From positions 8,207 through 72,206 of the forward strand of contig CACZDG010000005.1 in assembly GCA_902779865.1 (NCBI GenBank): a stretch of DNA of 64,000 bases, given 5' to 3'. Source of the stretch: an uncultured bacterium. Its GTDB lineage: Bacteria; Verrucomicrobiota; Kiritimatiellia; RFP12; UBA1067. Positions 9,171 to 19,138 of the stretch are shown here, piece by piece. The position numbers were made by a program, and so were the translations under genes. Position 1 is the stretch's first letter, and every line of letters starts with the position of its first letter. The notes below the pieces were generated by a model. It saw only the letters and a program-made list of their open reading frames with translations. It did no database searches and was not told the origin of the DNA.

Positions 9171-11101
9171 TGCAGTTTCTCGCGAATCTGTGGGGTGTTC
9201 TAGGGAAGACGGCTCCGTACTGGGGACTGTTCCTCGGGGCGTTCGCTCTGGGCTACGTGCTGACGCCGCTTGTCCGTGAACTTTCCCGTGCCTGCGGCAT
9301 GGTCGATAAGCCAAACGCGCGCCGGATAAACAAGGTGCCCACTCCGCGCGGCGGAGGCGTTGCGGTGTTCCTTGCGGTGTCGGCGGTGGTCGCCGCGTAC
9401 ATGTGCATTGCGGACGCGCCGCTGCTCCAGAACCATCCCAACGCCATAGTGTGGCGCCTGATTGCGCTCTCCGGGGCGATAGTGGCGGTTGGGCTCGCGG
9501 ACGACAAGTTCTCCCTCCCGCCTGTCGTGAAACTTGCGGGGCAGGTGGCCGTGGCGTTGGGCGCGTTCTTCTGGTGCGGCGTAGGGTTCAGGGCCATGTC
9601 GTTCTTTGCCGACATCCCGGCCTGGCTCGACTGCATCATGACGGTGCTGTGGATTGTTGGCGCGATCAACGCATTCAACCTGATAGATGGCCTTGACGGC
9701 CTTGCCACCGGCCTTGCGCTCATAGCCGTCGTCGGCATGGGCGGTTCTCTGGCCTTTATCGGTTCGCCGCAGTCAATGCTGGTACACTGCGCCTTTGCCG
9801 GCGGGTGTCTTGCGTTTCTGCGCTACAACTTCAATCCCGCCAGCGTGTTCCTCGGGGACGCCGGATCCATGTTCATAGGGTTCTTCCTTTCGACCGTGCC
9901 GCTTCTCATGAAGAGCGGCGATTCGCTGTTCGTGTCAATCGGCGTGCCGCTGCTCGCGATGGGAGTGCCGATCTTCGATACGTCGCTTGCAATCATCCGG
10001 CGATCTATCCGCGCAGTCCTCTCGCGTGAACAGAACGGCAGCGATGAGGGCAACACGCACGTTATGCAGGCGGACACCGACCACCTTCACCACCGCATCC
10101 TCCGCCAGTTCGTCTCGCAGAAGAAAGCCGCTTTCGCGCTTTACGGACTCGCGGCGTTCTTGGTGGCGGTGGGGTTCGGCGCACTTGCGCTCCGCGACCG
10201 CGCGGCGGGTCTTTTCATCGTGGCGTTCGTCGTGGCCGTGGTGATAATCGTGCGCGACATGCGGCGCGTGGAGCTGTGGGACGCCGGGCGCCTCCTGAAC
10301 GCAGTGGCGCGCGACAAGAACACCGCAGTGCGGCGCAGGACGGCGCTGCTCGCCACGCCGTTCTACGTCACTATGGACGTTCTGCTGCTCATAGCCGCGT
10401 GGTTCTTCTCTATGCTCGTCCTCTCGCTGAAGATCACGCCGCACGCGCTTCACACCCGTATGCCGCTCGTGGTGGTGCCGGTGTTCTTCGCGCTCGTGTT
10501 CTTCCGTTCCTATTCCACAGTGTGGGCGCGCGCCCGGATATCCAACTACGTCCGCCTCGCCCTTGCGGTGGTGTTGGGCGTCCTCGTGTCCGACGCCGTG
10601 ACGATACTCATGCACTACCCCCACAGCCACATGATCGCCTTCACGTGCCTCTACTCGCAGAACGTGTTCATAGCGCTCGTTGCGGTGCGTTTCGCAAGGC
10701 CCGTCCTGCGCGACACCTTTTATCTGCTTGACTGCTCGCGGCAGCTTGCCGCCCCCGCAACTAGCCGTCTGCTCGTGTACGGCGCCGGCATCCGCTATGA
10801 CGCCTTCCGCCGCGAACTGGTGCGCAGCGCGTCCCGCAACAACCGCGTGATCGTGGGCATCATCGACGACGACCTCCTGCTGCGCGGACACTACATCGGC
10901 GGCATCAAGGTACACGGCACTCTTGCGCACGCAAAGAGCGTTGCGCGCGAACTGCAGGCGGACGCCGTGGTAATCGCATGCCAGCTCACGCCAACGCGCC
11001 TTAAGCTCGCGCTTAACGTGTTCAAGGCTGCGGGGCTCAAGATTTCAATGTGGAATTGCGAAGAAAAGGAAATGACAGGAAATGGCGAAGTTCAATCGTG
11101 A
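9167..11101 (+). CDS. polyprenyl-phosphate sugar-1-phosphate transferase (MraY/WecA GT4 family) with extra TM region and C-terminal Rossmann-like domain
   Basis: NAFNLIDGLDGLA and DAGSMFIGF motifs. The C-terminus (LLVYGAGIRYDAF...VIVGIIDDD...ADAVVIAC) resembles the nucleotide-binding module of exopolysaccharide priming transferases. ATGA overlap with the exosortase gene. Confidence 0.8.
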   Translation: MMQFLANLWGVLGKTAPYWGLFLGAFALGYVLTPLVRELSRACGMVDKPNARRINKVPTPRGGGVAVFLAVSAVVAAYMCIADAPLLQNHPNAIVWRLIALSGAIVAVGLADDKFSLPPVVKLAGQVAVALGAFFWCGVGFRAMSFFADIPAWLDCIMTVLWIVGAINAFNLIDGLDGLATGLALIAVVGMGGSLAFIGSPQSMLVHCAFAGGCLAFLRYNFNPASVFLGDAGSMFIGFFLSTVPLLMKSGDSLFVSIGVPLLAMGVPIFDTSLAIIRRSIRAVLSREQNGSDEGNTHVMQADTDHLHHRILRQFVSQKKAAFALYGLAAFLVAVGFGALALRDRAAGLFIVAFVVAVVIIVRDMRRVELWDAGRLLNAVARDKNTAVRRRTALLATPFYVTMDVLLLIAAWFFSMLVLSLKITPHALHTRMPLVVVPVFFALVFFRSYSTVWARARISNYVRLALAVVLGVLVSDAVTILMHYPHSHMIAFTCLYSQNVFIALVAVRFARPVLRDTFYLLDCSRQLAAPATSRLLVYGAGIRYDAFRRELVRSASRNNRVIVGIIDDDLLLRGHYIGGIKVHGTLAHAKSVARELQADAVVIACQLTPTRLKLALNVFKAAGLKISMWNCEEKEMTGNGEVQS

Positions 11102-12383
11102 AGAAGTGCTGAAGTTCCATCAGGGCGGGAAGGTGGCAGTGACGCTGCCGAAGCCCCTTAAGACGAAAGATGATCTCTGCCTTGCCTATACGCCCGGCGT
11201 TGCACACGCGGTGAAGGAAATCGCGCAGAACCCTGGAAGCGTCTTCGACTGCACCGCCAAGGCGAACCTCGTGGCCGTAGTTTCAGACGGCACGGCGATC
11301 CTCGGCCTCGGAGACCTCGGCGCTGCGGCGTCCATCCCCGTAATGGAGGGTAAGGCAGTGCTGTTCAAGTCGTTTGGCGACGTGGACGCCTGGCCCGTCC
11401 CGCTCGCGCACTGCCGCAAGGACGGACTTGACACGGGCAAGACCGACCCGGAGCGCGTGATCGCCGCCGTCATGGCCATCGCCCCGCAGTACGGCGGCGT
11501 GAATCTCGAGGATATCGCCGCCCCCGCTTGCTTTGAGATCGAGGACCGCCTTGACGCCGCGCTCGATATCCCGGTGTTCCACGACGACCAGTGGGGCACC
11601 GCCGTGATCGCTCTCTCCGGTGTGATGAACTACGCCACCCTCGCGGGTAAGGAACTGGGCGACCTCAAGGTTGTGATGAACGGCGCGGGCGCTGCCGGCA
11701 TCCGCATCTGCGAGATGTGCAAGGCCGCCGGCGTGAAGGACGTCACGATGTGCGATTCAAAGGGCGTGATATCCACCTCACGCACCGACCTCAATCCGTT
11801 CAAGGCCCGCCACGCAGTCGATACCTCCGCCAAGACGCTCCAGGAGGCGATACGCGGCGCGGACGTCTTCATTGGCGTCTCCGCCGCGAACGTGCTGACG
11901 GGCGCGGACGTGCAGGCTATGGGCGAGTTCCCCGCAATCTTTGCGATGGCGAATCCCGACCCCGAGATCGATCCCGCCGTGGCCGCCGAGGCGCTGAAGG
12001 GACGTAAGTTCGTGATGGTCACGGGCCGCAGCGACTACCCGAATCAGATCAACAACGTGCTCGGCTTCCCATACCTTTTCCGCGGCGCGCTCGATGTTCG
12101 CGCGCGCACGATCAACAAGGAGATGAAAGTCGCCGCCGCACACGCTCTCGCCGCGCTCGCGCGCAAGCCCGTCCCCGACGAGGTCAAGGCGCTCTATCCG
12201 AACGAGACGCTTGAGTTCGGCACGGGCTACATAATCCCGAAGCCGTTCGACCGCCGCCTCTTCGTGGAGGTCAGCTACGCCGTTGCGGAGGCGGCCGTGA
12301 AAACCGGCGTCGCAGGGAAGTCTGTTGACCTCGCTGCGTACCGCGCCGACCTCGAACGCCGCAACGAACAAAGGACTGCATAA
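11082..12383 (+). CDS. NAD(P)-dependent malic enzyme (short form without PTA-like domain)
   Basis: [40 protein letters not shown], dinucleotide fold [20 protein letters not shown]. Confidence 0.9.
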   Translation: MAKFNREEVLKFHQGGKVAVTLPKPLKTKDDLCLAYTPGVAHAVKEIAQNPGSVFDCTAKANLVAVVSDGTAILGLGDLGAAASIPVMEGKAVLFKSFGDVDAWPVPLAHCRKDGLDTGKTDPERVIAAVMAIAPQYGGVNLEDIAAPACFEIEDRLDAALDIPVFHDDQWGTAVIALSGVMNYATLAGKELGDLKVVMNGAGAAGIRICEMCKAAGVKDVTMCDSKGVISTSRTDLNPFKARHAVDTSAKTLQEAIRGADVFIGVSAANVLTGADVQAMGEFPAIFAMANPDPEIDPAVAAEALKGRKFVMVTGRSDYPNQINNVLGFPYLFRGALDVRARTINKEMKVAAAHALAALARKPVPDEVKALYPNETLEFGTGYIIPKPFDRRLFVEVSYAVAEAAVKTGVAGKSVDLAAYRADLERRNEQRTA

Positions 12384-14455
12384 TGGACGGAACCTCACTA
12401 GCCAACGTACGCAACATCGGCATCGTGGCCCACATCGACGCGGGCAAGACCACCACGACCGAGCGCATCCTCTTCTACACCGGCAAGATCCACAAGCCCG
12501 GCGAGGTACATGAGGGCGATACCACAACCGACTTCATGGTGCAGGAGAAGGAACGTGGCATCACCATCCAGTCCGCCGCCATCACCTGCGAGTGGAAGGG
12601 GCGCACCGTCAACATCATCGACACGCCCGGACACGTGGACTTCACGATGGAGGTGGAGCGCTCCCTGCGCGTCCTCGACGGCGCTGTGTGCGTGTTCTGT
12701 GCAGTCGGTGGCGTGCAGCCGCAGAGCGAGACCGTGTGGCGGCAGGCGGACCGTTACCGCGTTCCCCGCGTCGCGTTCGTTAACAAGATGGACCGCATGG
12801 GCGCGGACTTCACCCGCGTCGTGGAGGAGATGCGCGATAAGCTGAAGGCGAACGCATGCCCCGTGGAACTGCCCATCGGCAAGGAGGACGGCTTCCAAGG
12901 CGTCATCGACCTTCTTGAAATGAAGGGCATCATCTACGACGAGGCGAGCGAGGGCAAGAACTTCACGGTGGGCGATGTTCCCGCCGCGCTGAAAGACGAA
13001 GCGGAGCTTGCGCGCGCGGAGCTGTGCGAGAAGATCGCAGACATCGACGAAGGCGTGATGGAGGCGTACCTCGAAAACGGCGACCTCACCGCGGAAGAAC
13101 TGCGCGGCGCAATCCGCCGCCAGGTGGTGGCCGGCGCGTTCGTGCCAGTCCTCTGCGGCACAGCGTTCAAGGACAAGGGGATTCAGCCGCTTCTCGACGC
13201 GGTGGTCGATTACCTCCCCGCGCCAACCGACCGTCCACCCGTCACGGCCACCGACCTCAAAAGCGGCACAGCCGTCACGCGCAAACACGACCCGCAGGAG
13301 CTTTTGACAGCGCTCGTCTTCAAGATCGCGTCCGACACCTACGGACGTCTCTTCTTCGTGCGCGTTTACGGCGGCGTCCTAAAGAAGGGCGCGAACGTTT
13401 ACAATCCTCGCACGAAGAAGCGTGAGCGCGTGATGAAGATAGTGCGCCTCTTCGCGGACGACCGCACGGAGGTGGACGAGCTTCGCGCTGGCGACATCGG
13501 CGCTATAGTGGGCCTCAAGGACGCTACCACCGGCGATACTCTCTGCGCCGAGATGAAGCCCTGTTACCTTGAACGCATCACCGCGCCGCAGCCCGTGATG
13601 TTCCTCGCCATCGAACCAAAGAGCGGGGCGGACAAGGACAAGCTCGTGGAATCGATGGCGGAACTTGCCGCGGAGGACCCCACCTGTCAGGTGCGCCAGG
13701 ACGAGGAGACGGGGCAGACCATTCTCTCCGGCATGGGTGAACTGCACCTTGAAATCCTCGTGGACCGCCTCAAGCGCGAGTTCAAGTGCGCGGCGAACGT
13801 AGGCAAGCCGATGGTGAGCTACGTCGAAACCGTCACCGCGCCCGCAATTAAGTCCTTCACGTTCGACCGCGAACTCGGCGGCAAGCGCCACGCGGTCACG
13901 ATGGCAATCGAGGTGCGTCCGCTCGAACGCGGCAAAGGCCGCGTGGTGGAAGTCGGCCGCGACGTCAAGAATGCCCTGCCGGATCCGAAACTTGCCGAAT
14001 GCATAGAACAGGCCCTCATGGACGGCGTGATGACGGGCGTGCTGGCGCGTTATCCGATGACGGACCTTTCCGCAACCGCCGTGCGCGTTGAGCTGGTTGA
14101 TCCAGACGTCTCCGACGAAATCGCGCTGCGCGGTGCGGCGGTGATGGGATTCCGCGAAGCGGCAGAGGCAGCATCGCCGGAGTTCCTCGAGCCGATCATG
14201 AAACTTGAAATCACCACGCCGCCAGAAAGCGTGGGCGAAGTGCTGGGCGACCTCAACGCACGACGCGGTACGGTCCTCGACATGGAGCAGCGCGGCGACA
14301 TGCAGATCGTGCACGCCCGCGTCCCGATGGCGCAGATGTTCGGATACGCGACGGCCGTGCGTTCGCTCACGAAAGGGCGCGCGTCCTACTCGATGGAGCC
14401 GGACACGTTCGACATCGCTCCTCGCGCCGTGCGAGAAGAGTTACTTTCCCGCTGA
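12383..14455 (+). CDS. fusA: translation elongation factor G (paralog located outside a str operon context)
   Basis: G-domain [25 protein letters not shown], and full five-domain length (690 aa). The start overlaps the malic enzyme stop (TAATG). Confidence 0.9.
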   Translation: MDGTSLANVRNIGIVAHIDAGKTTTTERILFYTGKIHKPGEVHEGDTTTDFMVQEKERGITIQSAAITCEWKGRTVNIIDTPGHVDFTMEVERSLRVLDGAVCVFCAVGGVQPQSETVWRQADRYRVPRVAFVNKMDRMGADFTRVVEEMRDKLKANACPVELPIGKEDGFQGVIDLLEMKGIIYDEASEGKNFTVGDVPAALKDEAELARAELCEKIADIDEGVMEAYLENGDLTAEELRGAIRRQVVAGAFVPVLCGTAFKDKGIQPLLDAVVDYLPAPTDRPPVTATDLKSGTAVTRKHDPQELLTALVFKIASDTYGRLFFVRVYGGVLKKGANVYNPRTKKRERVMKIVRLFADDRTEVDELRAGDIGAIVGLKDATTGDTLCAEMKPCYLERITAPQPVMFLAIEPKSGADKDKLVESMAELAAEDPTCQVRQDEETGQTILSGMGELHLEILVDRLKREFKCAANVGKPMVSYVETVTAPAIKSFTFDRELGGKRHAVTMAIEVRPLERGKGRVVEVGRDVKNALPDPKLAECIEQALMDGVMTGVLARYPMTDLSATAVRVELVDPDVSDEIALRGAAVMGFREAAEAASPEFLEPIMKLEITTPPESVGEVLGDLNARRGTVLDMEQRGDMQIVHARVPMAQMFGYATAVRSLTKGRASYSMEPDTFDIAPRAVREELLSR

Positions 14456-15454
14456 CGCTCCGCGCTTCTTGCCAGTGGCTTTTTCTGTGGGCGGTGGCAT
14501 GTAGTGCCATCCGCGCAGGAACTTACCGCCTTTTAGTTCACCGTTGACGATGGAGTAGGCGGTCTTCGACTTGCGGAACGTCGAGTTGCAGTTGCCGTCG
14601 AACGTGAAGAGTTTGTCGCCGTTGCGTGATACGACGGCGATGAAGTGTCCGTCCAGACGGAGTACGTCGCCGCCGCGTATTTCCGATGCCTTGTCGAAAG
14701 GCTCGCCCTCGTTGAAGTTGCCCTTGTTGAAGTTGTACGCCGCGAAGTCGGTTACGAACGCTGCGCAGCCGCCGTTCCCGACTTTGGCGAGCAGAGGCTT
14801 TGAGCCGTTGTCCCAGTGGACGCCCGGCTGGTAGGCATCCTCCGCCAGCATCGTCTGCACGCGCTCCTCGTAGAGTTCGGGTTTGGCTTCACCGTGAATC
14901 TTGGCGTAGGCGAGCGCGTATGCGACGCATTTGTCGCCAATGTCGCGAACGCGCAGCATCTCGGTAAGCACGATTTGGAACTTCTCGCGCTTGTAGGTGA
15001 ACTCGCCCAACTTGACCGCGGACGGGTTGTGGGAACGTCCGAAGAGGTATGGGCGCTTGCCGCCGTTACGGTGGTAAAGGAGACACAGACCTTCGAACTC
15101 GAGGTCTTCGGCCTTCGTGGTCTTTGGCAGGTCGAGCACATCCTCCGTCTTGAACCAGCACTCAATGCTCTTGAACTTGTCCTTGGCGTCCGCGAACGCG
15201 AGAAGCGCGCGTTTGCCGTCGTCTGACAGTTCCAGAAGGGCGAATTCCGTGTTTGCCACGTCGAACGAGCGTTTTCTGTCGTAGGTGTTTGACGTTGCGG
15301 AGATGAGTGGGTATATGCGCCGCGTGCTGGCGCGGGCGGGCATCGCGTAGAACGTCGCTGGCAGATAGTCGCGGATTTTTGCCACGATTTCGGGCTGCAA
15401 CGGAGCGGCCATCGCCGTGATCGCCATTGCGAAGAACAGAAGAACTATTTTCAT
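14441..15454 (-). CDS. secreted protein with C-terminal CHAP/NlpC-P60-like cysteine hydrolase domain (tentative)
   Basis: Signal peptide [18 protein letters not shown]. The C-terminal [12 protein letters not shown] (candidate Cys), DGHFIAVV (candidate His) and FDGNCNS spacing resemble CHAP amidases. Confidence 0.4.
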   Translation of the reverse strand: MKIVLLFFAMAITAMAAPLQPEIVAKIRDYLPATFYAMPARASTRRIYPLISATSNTYDRKRSFDVANTEFALLELSDDGKRALLAFADAKDKFKSIECWFKTEDVLDLPKTTKAEDLEFEGLCLLYHRNGGKRPYLFGRSHNPSAVKLGEFTYKREKFQIVLTEMLRVRDIGDKCVAYALAYAKIHGEAKPELYEERVQTMLAEDAYQPGVHWDNGSKPLLAKVGNGGCAAFVTDFAAYNFNKGNFNEGEPFDKASEIRGGDVLRLDGHFIAVVSRNGDKLFTFDGNCNSTFRKSKTAYSIVNGELKGGKFLRGWHYMPPPTEKATGKKRGASAGK

Positions 15455-15564
15455 GCGCGTAGTTTACCATAAACCATACCTATCCCGCAATACCAATTGG
15501 GACAACCGGGCGAGATTCATTGTGACAATCGTGAGAGACTTGCCCCGCCGAGCCGTTACTTTGT

Positions 15565-15668
15565 CCGCAATATTACGCTTCGGGCCGACCGTGATATTAC
15601 GATTCGGAACACACCATTTTGCGCCACCGCGTCCCCCCGTTCCGCGCCGTAATATTACGTTGCGGACA
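15565..15668. promoter_or_regulatory. three ATATTACG-containing sites, including a perfect 12-bp palindrome CGTAATATTACG
   Basis: CCGCAATATTACGCTTCGG (15565-15583), GTGATATTACGATTCGG (15591-15607) and CGTAATATTACGTTGCGG (15649-15666). The outer sites form an imperfect inverted pair. Confidence 0.35.
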
Positions 15669-15840
15669 GGATAGAAAAGCATTGCGGAGCGCTAGGGGGA
15701 TGGGTCGGCTTAAATACAATTTGCATACAAATCACATACATTTCTTTTACAATTCCTTCACAAACATTTGACAGTTTAGGGGCCACGGTGATTTCATATA
15801 GGTGAGAACTGAGTAATCGCCACTGTGGATTCTGCCCTGC

Positions 15841-15870
15841 TTGACAAATCGGCGTTTTTCGAGATACTAT
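15841..15870 (+). promoter_or_regulatory. sigma70-type promoter TTGACA-16/18 nt-GATACTAT with no ORF behind it
   Basis: Perfect -35 TTGACA at 15841-15846. GATACT/TACTAT at 15863-15870. Confidence 0.45.
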
Positions 15871-16206
15871 TCTAGCCTCGCCATAAGGCGGGCAAAGAGC
15901 GAAAGCGGCAGTGGGGGTATAGGTCGCTTCTGGCGGAGACGTTCTGCGACATCGAGCGGTCGGCGGGGACGTGCTACCGTGCGGCCGCGTGAAGGACCCG
16001 CGCGGCAGAAACTGGACGTTCCACATAGGCACACTCCTGGCGCTGTTCACGATGGGCGTCGCGGGCGCTGGCGGGACGGGACTGTGGGCAAGGCATCCTT
16101 TCTCGGCCCCCCAGGATGACAGGGCAAGGGCTTTTCAGCGAAACGTCAGGCTGAAAAGGAAAGAAACAGTCTGCCAAATGAAAACACCATGACGTCATAT
16201 GATGTC

Positions 16207-16235
16207 GTGCAATCTGCCTACTTTTTTGGTATAAT
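16207..16235 (+). promoter_or_regulatory. extended -10 promoter (TGGTATAAT) of the sigma-led operon
   Basis: TGGTATAAT at 16227-16235, about 135 nt upstream of the GTG start at 16371. Confidence 0.5.
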
Positions 16236-16370
16236 CTTTGCCATGCCACATTCGAGGAACATGCAGACGAATAGATGCTACCACCTATTTAGCCGGGTGG
16301 TAAGCCGTATTTTCTCTCTTCACAAATGGGGGCAGAAGGATGAATCGCTTAAGGAAGGAATGAGGGCGAA

Positions 16371-17021
16371 GTGAACAACGTCGAAAACCTCTCGGAGCAC
16401 GAGATATACGAGCTGATGAAGCTTCAGGACGACCTTGCCTGGCGCATCGTGTGGGAGAAGGCCGTCCTCGCCGAGGCGAAGTCCCTGCGTAGCGCGCGTT
16501 TGGCGCGCGAGTGGGGGGTCACGCCCGAGGAGCTGATGAGCATCCTCTACGAAGACATGATCGGAAAGGGCAAGCTAGAGCTGTTCCGCGACGACGGCGG
16601 CAGTCTTTGGGGATGGCTGCGGCAATACGTGCGCGGATACATCAGGCGGGCCAATCCAGCTCCGCACGGGGAGATTTCGCTGGAAGGCGCGGACGAGCAG
16701 GGATTCGGCGACGAAGACGGTGGCACGAGCTACATGGATAAAATTTCGAAAATGCTGTCAGAAGCGCAGGGCAGGGATGCCAATCCATCTGAAGACCCTG
16801 CGATGCGACGGCGGGAGGAGTGGTCCCTTGTGCAAGACTGCTTCGGTGACCTCTGGAAGGAGAATCCCCTCCGGGCCTACGTCCACCTGCTTAAACTTCG
16901 CTTGAACCTGTCTTCAACGGAAATAAAAGACATGCTCGGCATCAGCTCGGAGGCGAACGTGGACCAGTTGTTCTCCCGGGCGTTGAAGGACATGAGAAAG
17001 TTGAAGGATGAACATGAATAA
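16371..17021 (+). CDS. sigma-70 family (ECF-like) RNA polymerase sigma factor
   Basis: GTG start preceded by AAGGAAGGA. Region-2-like LWGWLRQYVRGYIRR. C-terminal region-4 HTH LSSTEIKDMLGISSEANVDQLFSRALKDMRK. Confidence 0.6.
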   Translation: MNNVENLSEHEIYELMKLQDDLAWRIVWEKAVLAEAKSLRSARLAREWGVTPEELMSILYEDMIGKGKLELFRDDGGSLWGWLRQYVRGYIRRANPAPHGEISLEGADEQGFGDEDGGTSYMDKISKMLSEAQGRDANPSEDPAMRRREEWSLVQDCFGDLWKENPLRAYVHLLKLRLNLSSTEIKDMLGISSEANVDQLFSRALKDMRKLKDEHE

Positions 17022-17532
17022 CGCGATTGAAGAAGAGAAAGTCGTCATGACAGCTGATGAGGCGGTGTTCATCGACCGCTTCGTCGCGGAACGCTGCCGT
17101 CCGCACGCCGTAGTGATGGCTGAGCGTCTGCGGAAGTTTGCGGCCGAGAGGCAGATGGCTATGTTTGCGGCGGAGGACGACTCCGCGTTTGCGCTGGCAG
17201 CAGGCCCTGCTGCGAAGTCCCCGGCGGATGTGAAATCGCCGGACGAGCCGGTCACGTTCGTTTTCGCATCGGAGGGCGATGCGGACGCGCCGGAAGCATG
17301 GCGTGCGGAACTTGCTGTTCCGCCCGGTGCGACGGCGGATACGCAATTGGCGTTGAAAGTGAGCGGAAAGGACGTAGCCGGGACCTTCAAGCTCTCTGGC
17401 GTGGCGTTGCCGCTTCTTGACGGCGCGGCGGAGATTCCGTTCGGGGTGTTCCTGACCGGCATCAAGGATACCGACGTTTCGCTCAGCCGTCCGGGCGTCG
17501 GCGCGGTGAAGGGTAGGCTGCTGTTCTTCTGA
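17008..17532 (+). CDS. hypothetical protein (soluble, Ala-rich; possible sigma partner)
   Basis: ORF overlaps the sigma stop and ends 1 nt before the next start. No recognisable motif and no TM helix. Confidence 0.5.
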   Translation: MNMNNAIEEEKVVMTADEAVFIDRFVAERCRPHAVVMAERLRKFAAERQMAMFAAEDDSAFALAAGPAAKSPADVKSPDEPVTFVFASEGDADAPEAWRAELAVPPGATADTQLALKVSGKDVAGTFKLSGVALPLLDGAAEIPFGVFLTGIKDTDVSLSRPGVGAVKGRLLFF

Positions 17533-17533
17533 C

Positions 17534-19138
17534 ATGGCGGCGACACCCTACATCTTCCCTTCGCAGCAGGCGGAGTTCCTCCGTGCGATGAGGGACGGAC
17601 GCTACCGCGCCCCCGAAAGGACGCGCAGCGTGCCGTCCGCTACGACGCTCGTCTCGAAGATGCCGCCCGTTTACGAGCAGGCGCTGCGCGGAACGTGCGT
17701 GGCGAACGCAGTTACGGCGATGCTTGAATACTACGAGGACTGCAAGATGCGCCTCAGCGTGCAGTACCTCTTCGCGGCCACGAAGCAGGTGGAACGCGCC
17801 GGGATTGAGCGTAACCTCTCGCGCCTGCGCCTGAACGAACCGCTCGACCAGGAGTTCGAGAACGCGCTTCACAAGAAACTTCTTCAGCTTAGGATGATGG
17901 CCGAGGCAAACGGCGGCATCAATTCTCCGGTGATGCGTCCATACGTCACGCAGTTCGAGGAGACGGTGCGGACGCGCTATGAGTCGATGGAGGGAAGCCT
18001 GCTCCGGTCATGTTTCAACGTGCTGGAGTACCGCGGCACTTGCCGCTACGCGCTTTGGCCGTACGCGGGCGTCTCCGCCGCGCCGCTGTTCGGGCCAAGC
18101 GACCGCGTCGCATTCCCGCCAGGATCCGATGACGACGCGAAGAAGCATCGCATCCTCTCCGGGCTCTATCTGCTGCCTGCGCCGAACAACGTGGACGAGA
18201 TACGCGGAATCCTGGCCGGGGCGAACGGGCGGCGTCCTATGCCGGTCTGCGTAACGGTGAGTTTCTTTGCGGGGTGCGACGGCGAGACGTTTGCGTTCCC
18301 GCGCACGGAGGAGACGGAGTCGGGGCTTGCGGCGAAGGACGAATGGCTTGGTGTGCATGGAATGCTCATAGTTGGGTATGCCGACAACTCGTCCTATCCC
18401 GGCGGTGGTTACTTTATCGTTCGCAACAGCCTTGGCGAGGCGTGGGGCAACCGCGGCTATGGGAAACTGCCGTACGCTTACGTGGCATGTTTCGCGCTTG
18501 AGGCTGGGACGATCCTGCAGGATCTCGTTGACTACACAGGCGATGGCTATGGTGGGTTTCGCGCCGGCGCGTCGTATGGCCCGTCGCGCCGGCGGAGGTG
18601 GTTTGTCTTTTTGAATCTTTTCGTGGGCTTGGCGCTTGTTGCGGGTACGTGGGTGGCCGTGAAACTGCTTACGAAGGCGGAGCCGGCTGGGATGCCGCGT
18701 CCGCCTTTCGCGGAGGTGACGGTATATGGGCGCGACGATACGGTAAACGTGACGCTGCCGCCGCCGTGGAGCGAAGTGAAGGGCATGGCCATCGATGGCG
18801 GGCGTGTGTTCCGCCTACCCGCAAAGACCCGCGAGGAGGTCGATGCAATCCGTCGGAAACTCGACGATGAGCCGACTTTGCGTGAGAAGCGCGGCAAACC
18901 GCTTACATACGACCTAGTGACGTTCTACGATCTTGAGTCGGACGACATCGAAGACGTGAAGAGAACGATAGGCCTTTTCGTGGCCGACCGTTTCCTCGTG
19001 CGGATTGAGGGCGAAAGCAATGGAGTATTGCGCGTTTCGACCGTCTCGCCGCGTGGCCTTCGCCGCCGTCTTGAGTGCACGTACGATGTTAAGCCCGCCG
19101 CTGGTGGGTGCCTAGTCCTTACAAGAAAGGTCCGATGA
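17534..19138 (+). CDS. papain-fold (C1-like) cysteine peptidase domain, single TM helix, ~150-aa C-terminal domain
   Basis: Gln-x5-Cys EQALRGTCVANAV, His VHGMLIVGYAD, Asn/Trp FIVRNSLGEAWGNRGYG. No signal peptide. TM helix WFVFLNLFVGLALVAGTWVAVKLL after the peptidase domain. Confidence 0.75.
   Translation: MAATPYIFPSQQAEFLRAMRDGRYRAPERTRSVPSATTLVSKMPPVYEQALRGTCVANAVTAMLEYYEDCKMRLSVQYLFAATKQVERAGIERNLSRLRLNEPLDQEFENALHKKLLQLRMMAEANGGINSPVMRPYVTQFEETVRTRYESMEGSLLRSCFNVLEYRGTCRYALWPYAGVSAAPLFGPSDRVAFPPGSDDDAKKHRILSGLYLLPAPNNVDEIRGILAGANGRRPMPVCVTVSFFAGCDGETFAFPRTEETESGLAAKDEWLGVHGMLIVGYADNSSYPGGGYFIVRNSLGEAWGNRGYGKLPYAYVACFALEAGTILQDLVDYTGDGYGGFRAGASYGPSRRRRWFVFLNLFVGLALVAGTWVAVKLLTKAEPAGMPRPPFAEVTVYGRDDTVNVTLPPPWSEVKGMAIDGGRVFRLPAKTREEVDAIRRKLDDEPTLREKRGKPLTYDLVTFYDLESDDIEDVKRTIGLFVADRFLVRIEGESNGVLRVSTVSPRGLRRRLECTYDVKPAAGGCLVLTRKVR

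Noticed and set aside
9935-13288. Antisense ORFs within the transferase, malic enzyme and EF-G genes (9935-10930, 11778-12527, 12398-13288). Similar cases lie outside this range at 35419-36954, 48302-50047, 50124-51497, 51556-52482, 59702-60712 and 62413-63411.
   Set aside because: Same high-GC antisense effect. Each overlaps a gene with unambiguous family motifs on the other strand.
15818-15824. GCCACTG, identical to the B12-box core of cobalamin riboswitches.
   Set aside because: None of the other conserved cobalamin riboswitch elements is visible around it, and the downstream genes have no link to cobalamin. A 7-mer match is expected by chance.
15877-16160. Whether the promoter-driven GC-rich non-coding stretch is RNase P RNA, tmRNA, 6S RNA or SRP RNA.
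   Set aside because: It lacks GAGGAAAGUCC (RNase P P4), tRNA-like ends (tmRNA), the SRP domain IV GGAA/AGCA motifs, and a 6S-like central bubble symmetry. It is kept only as an unidentified candidate.
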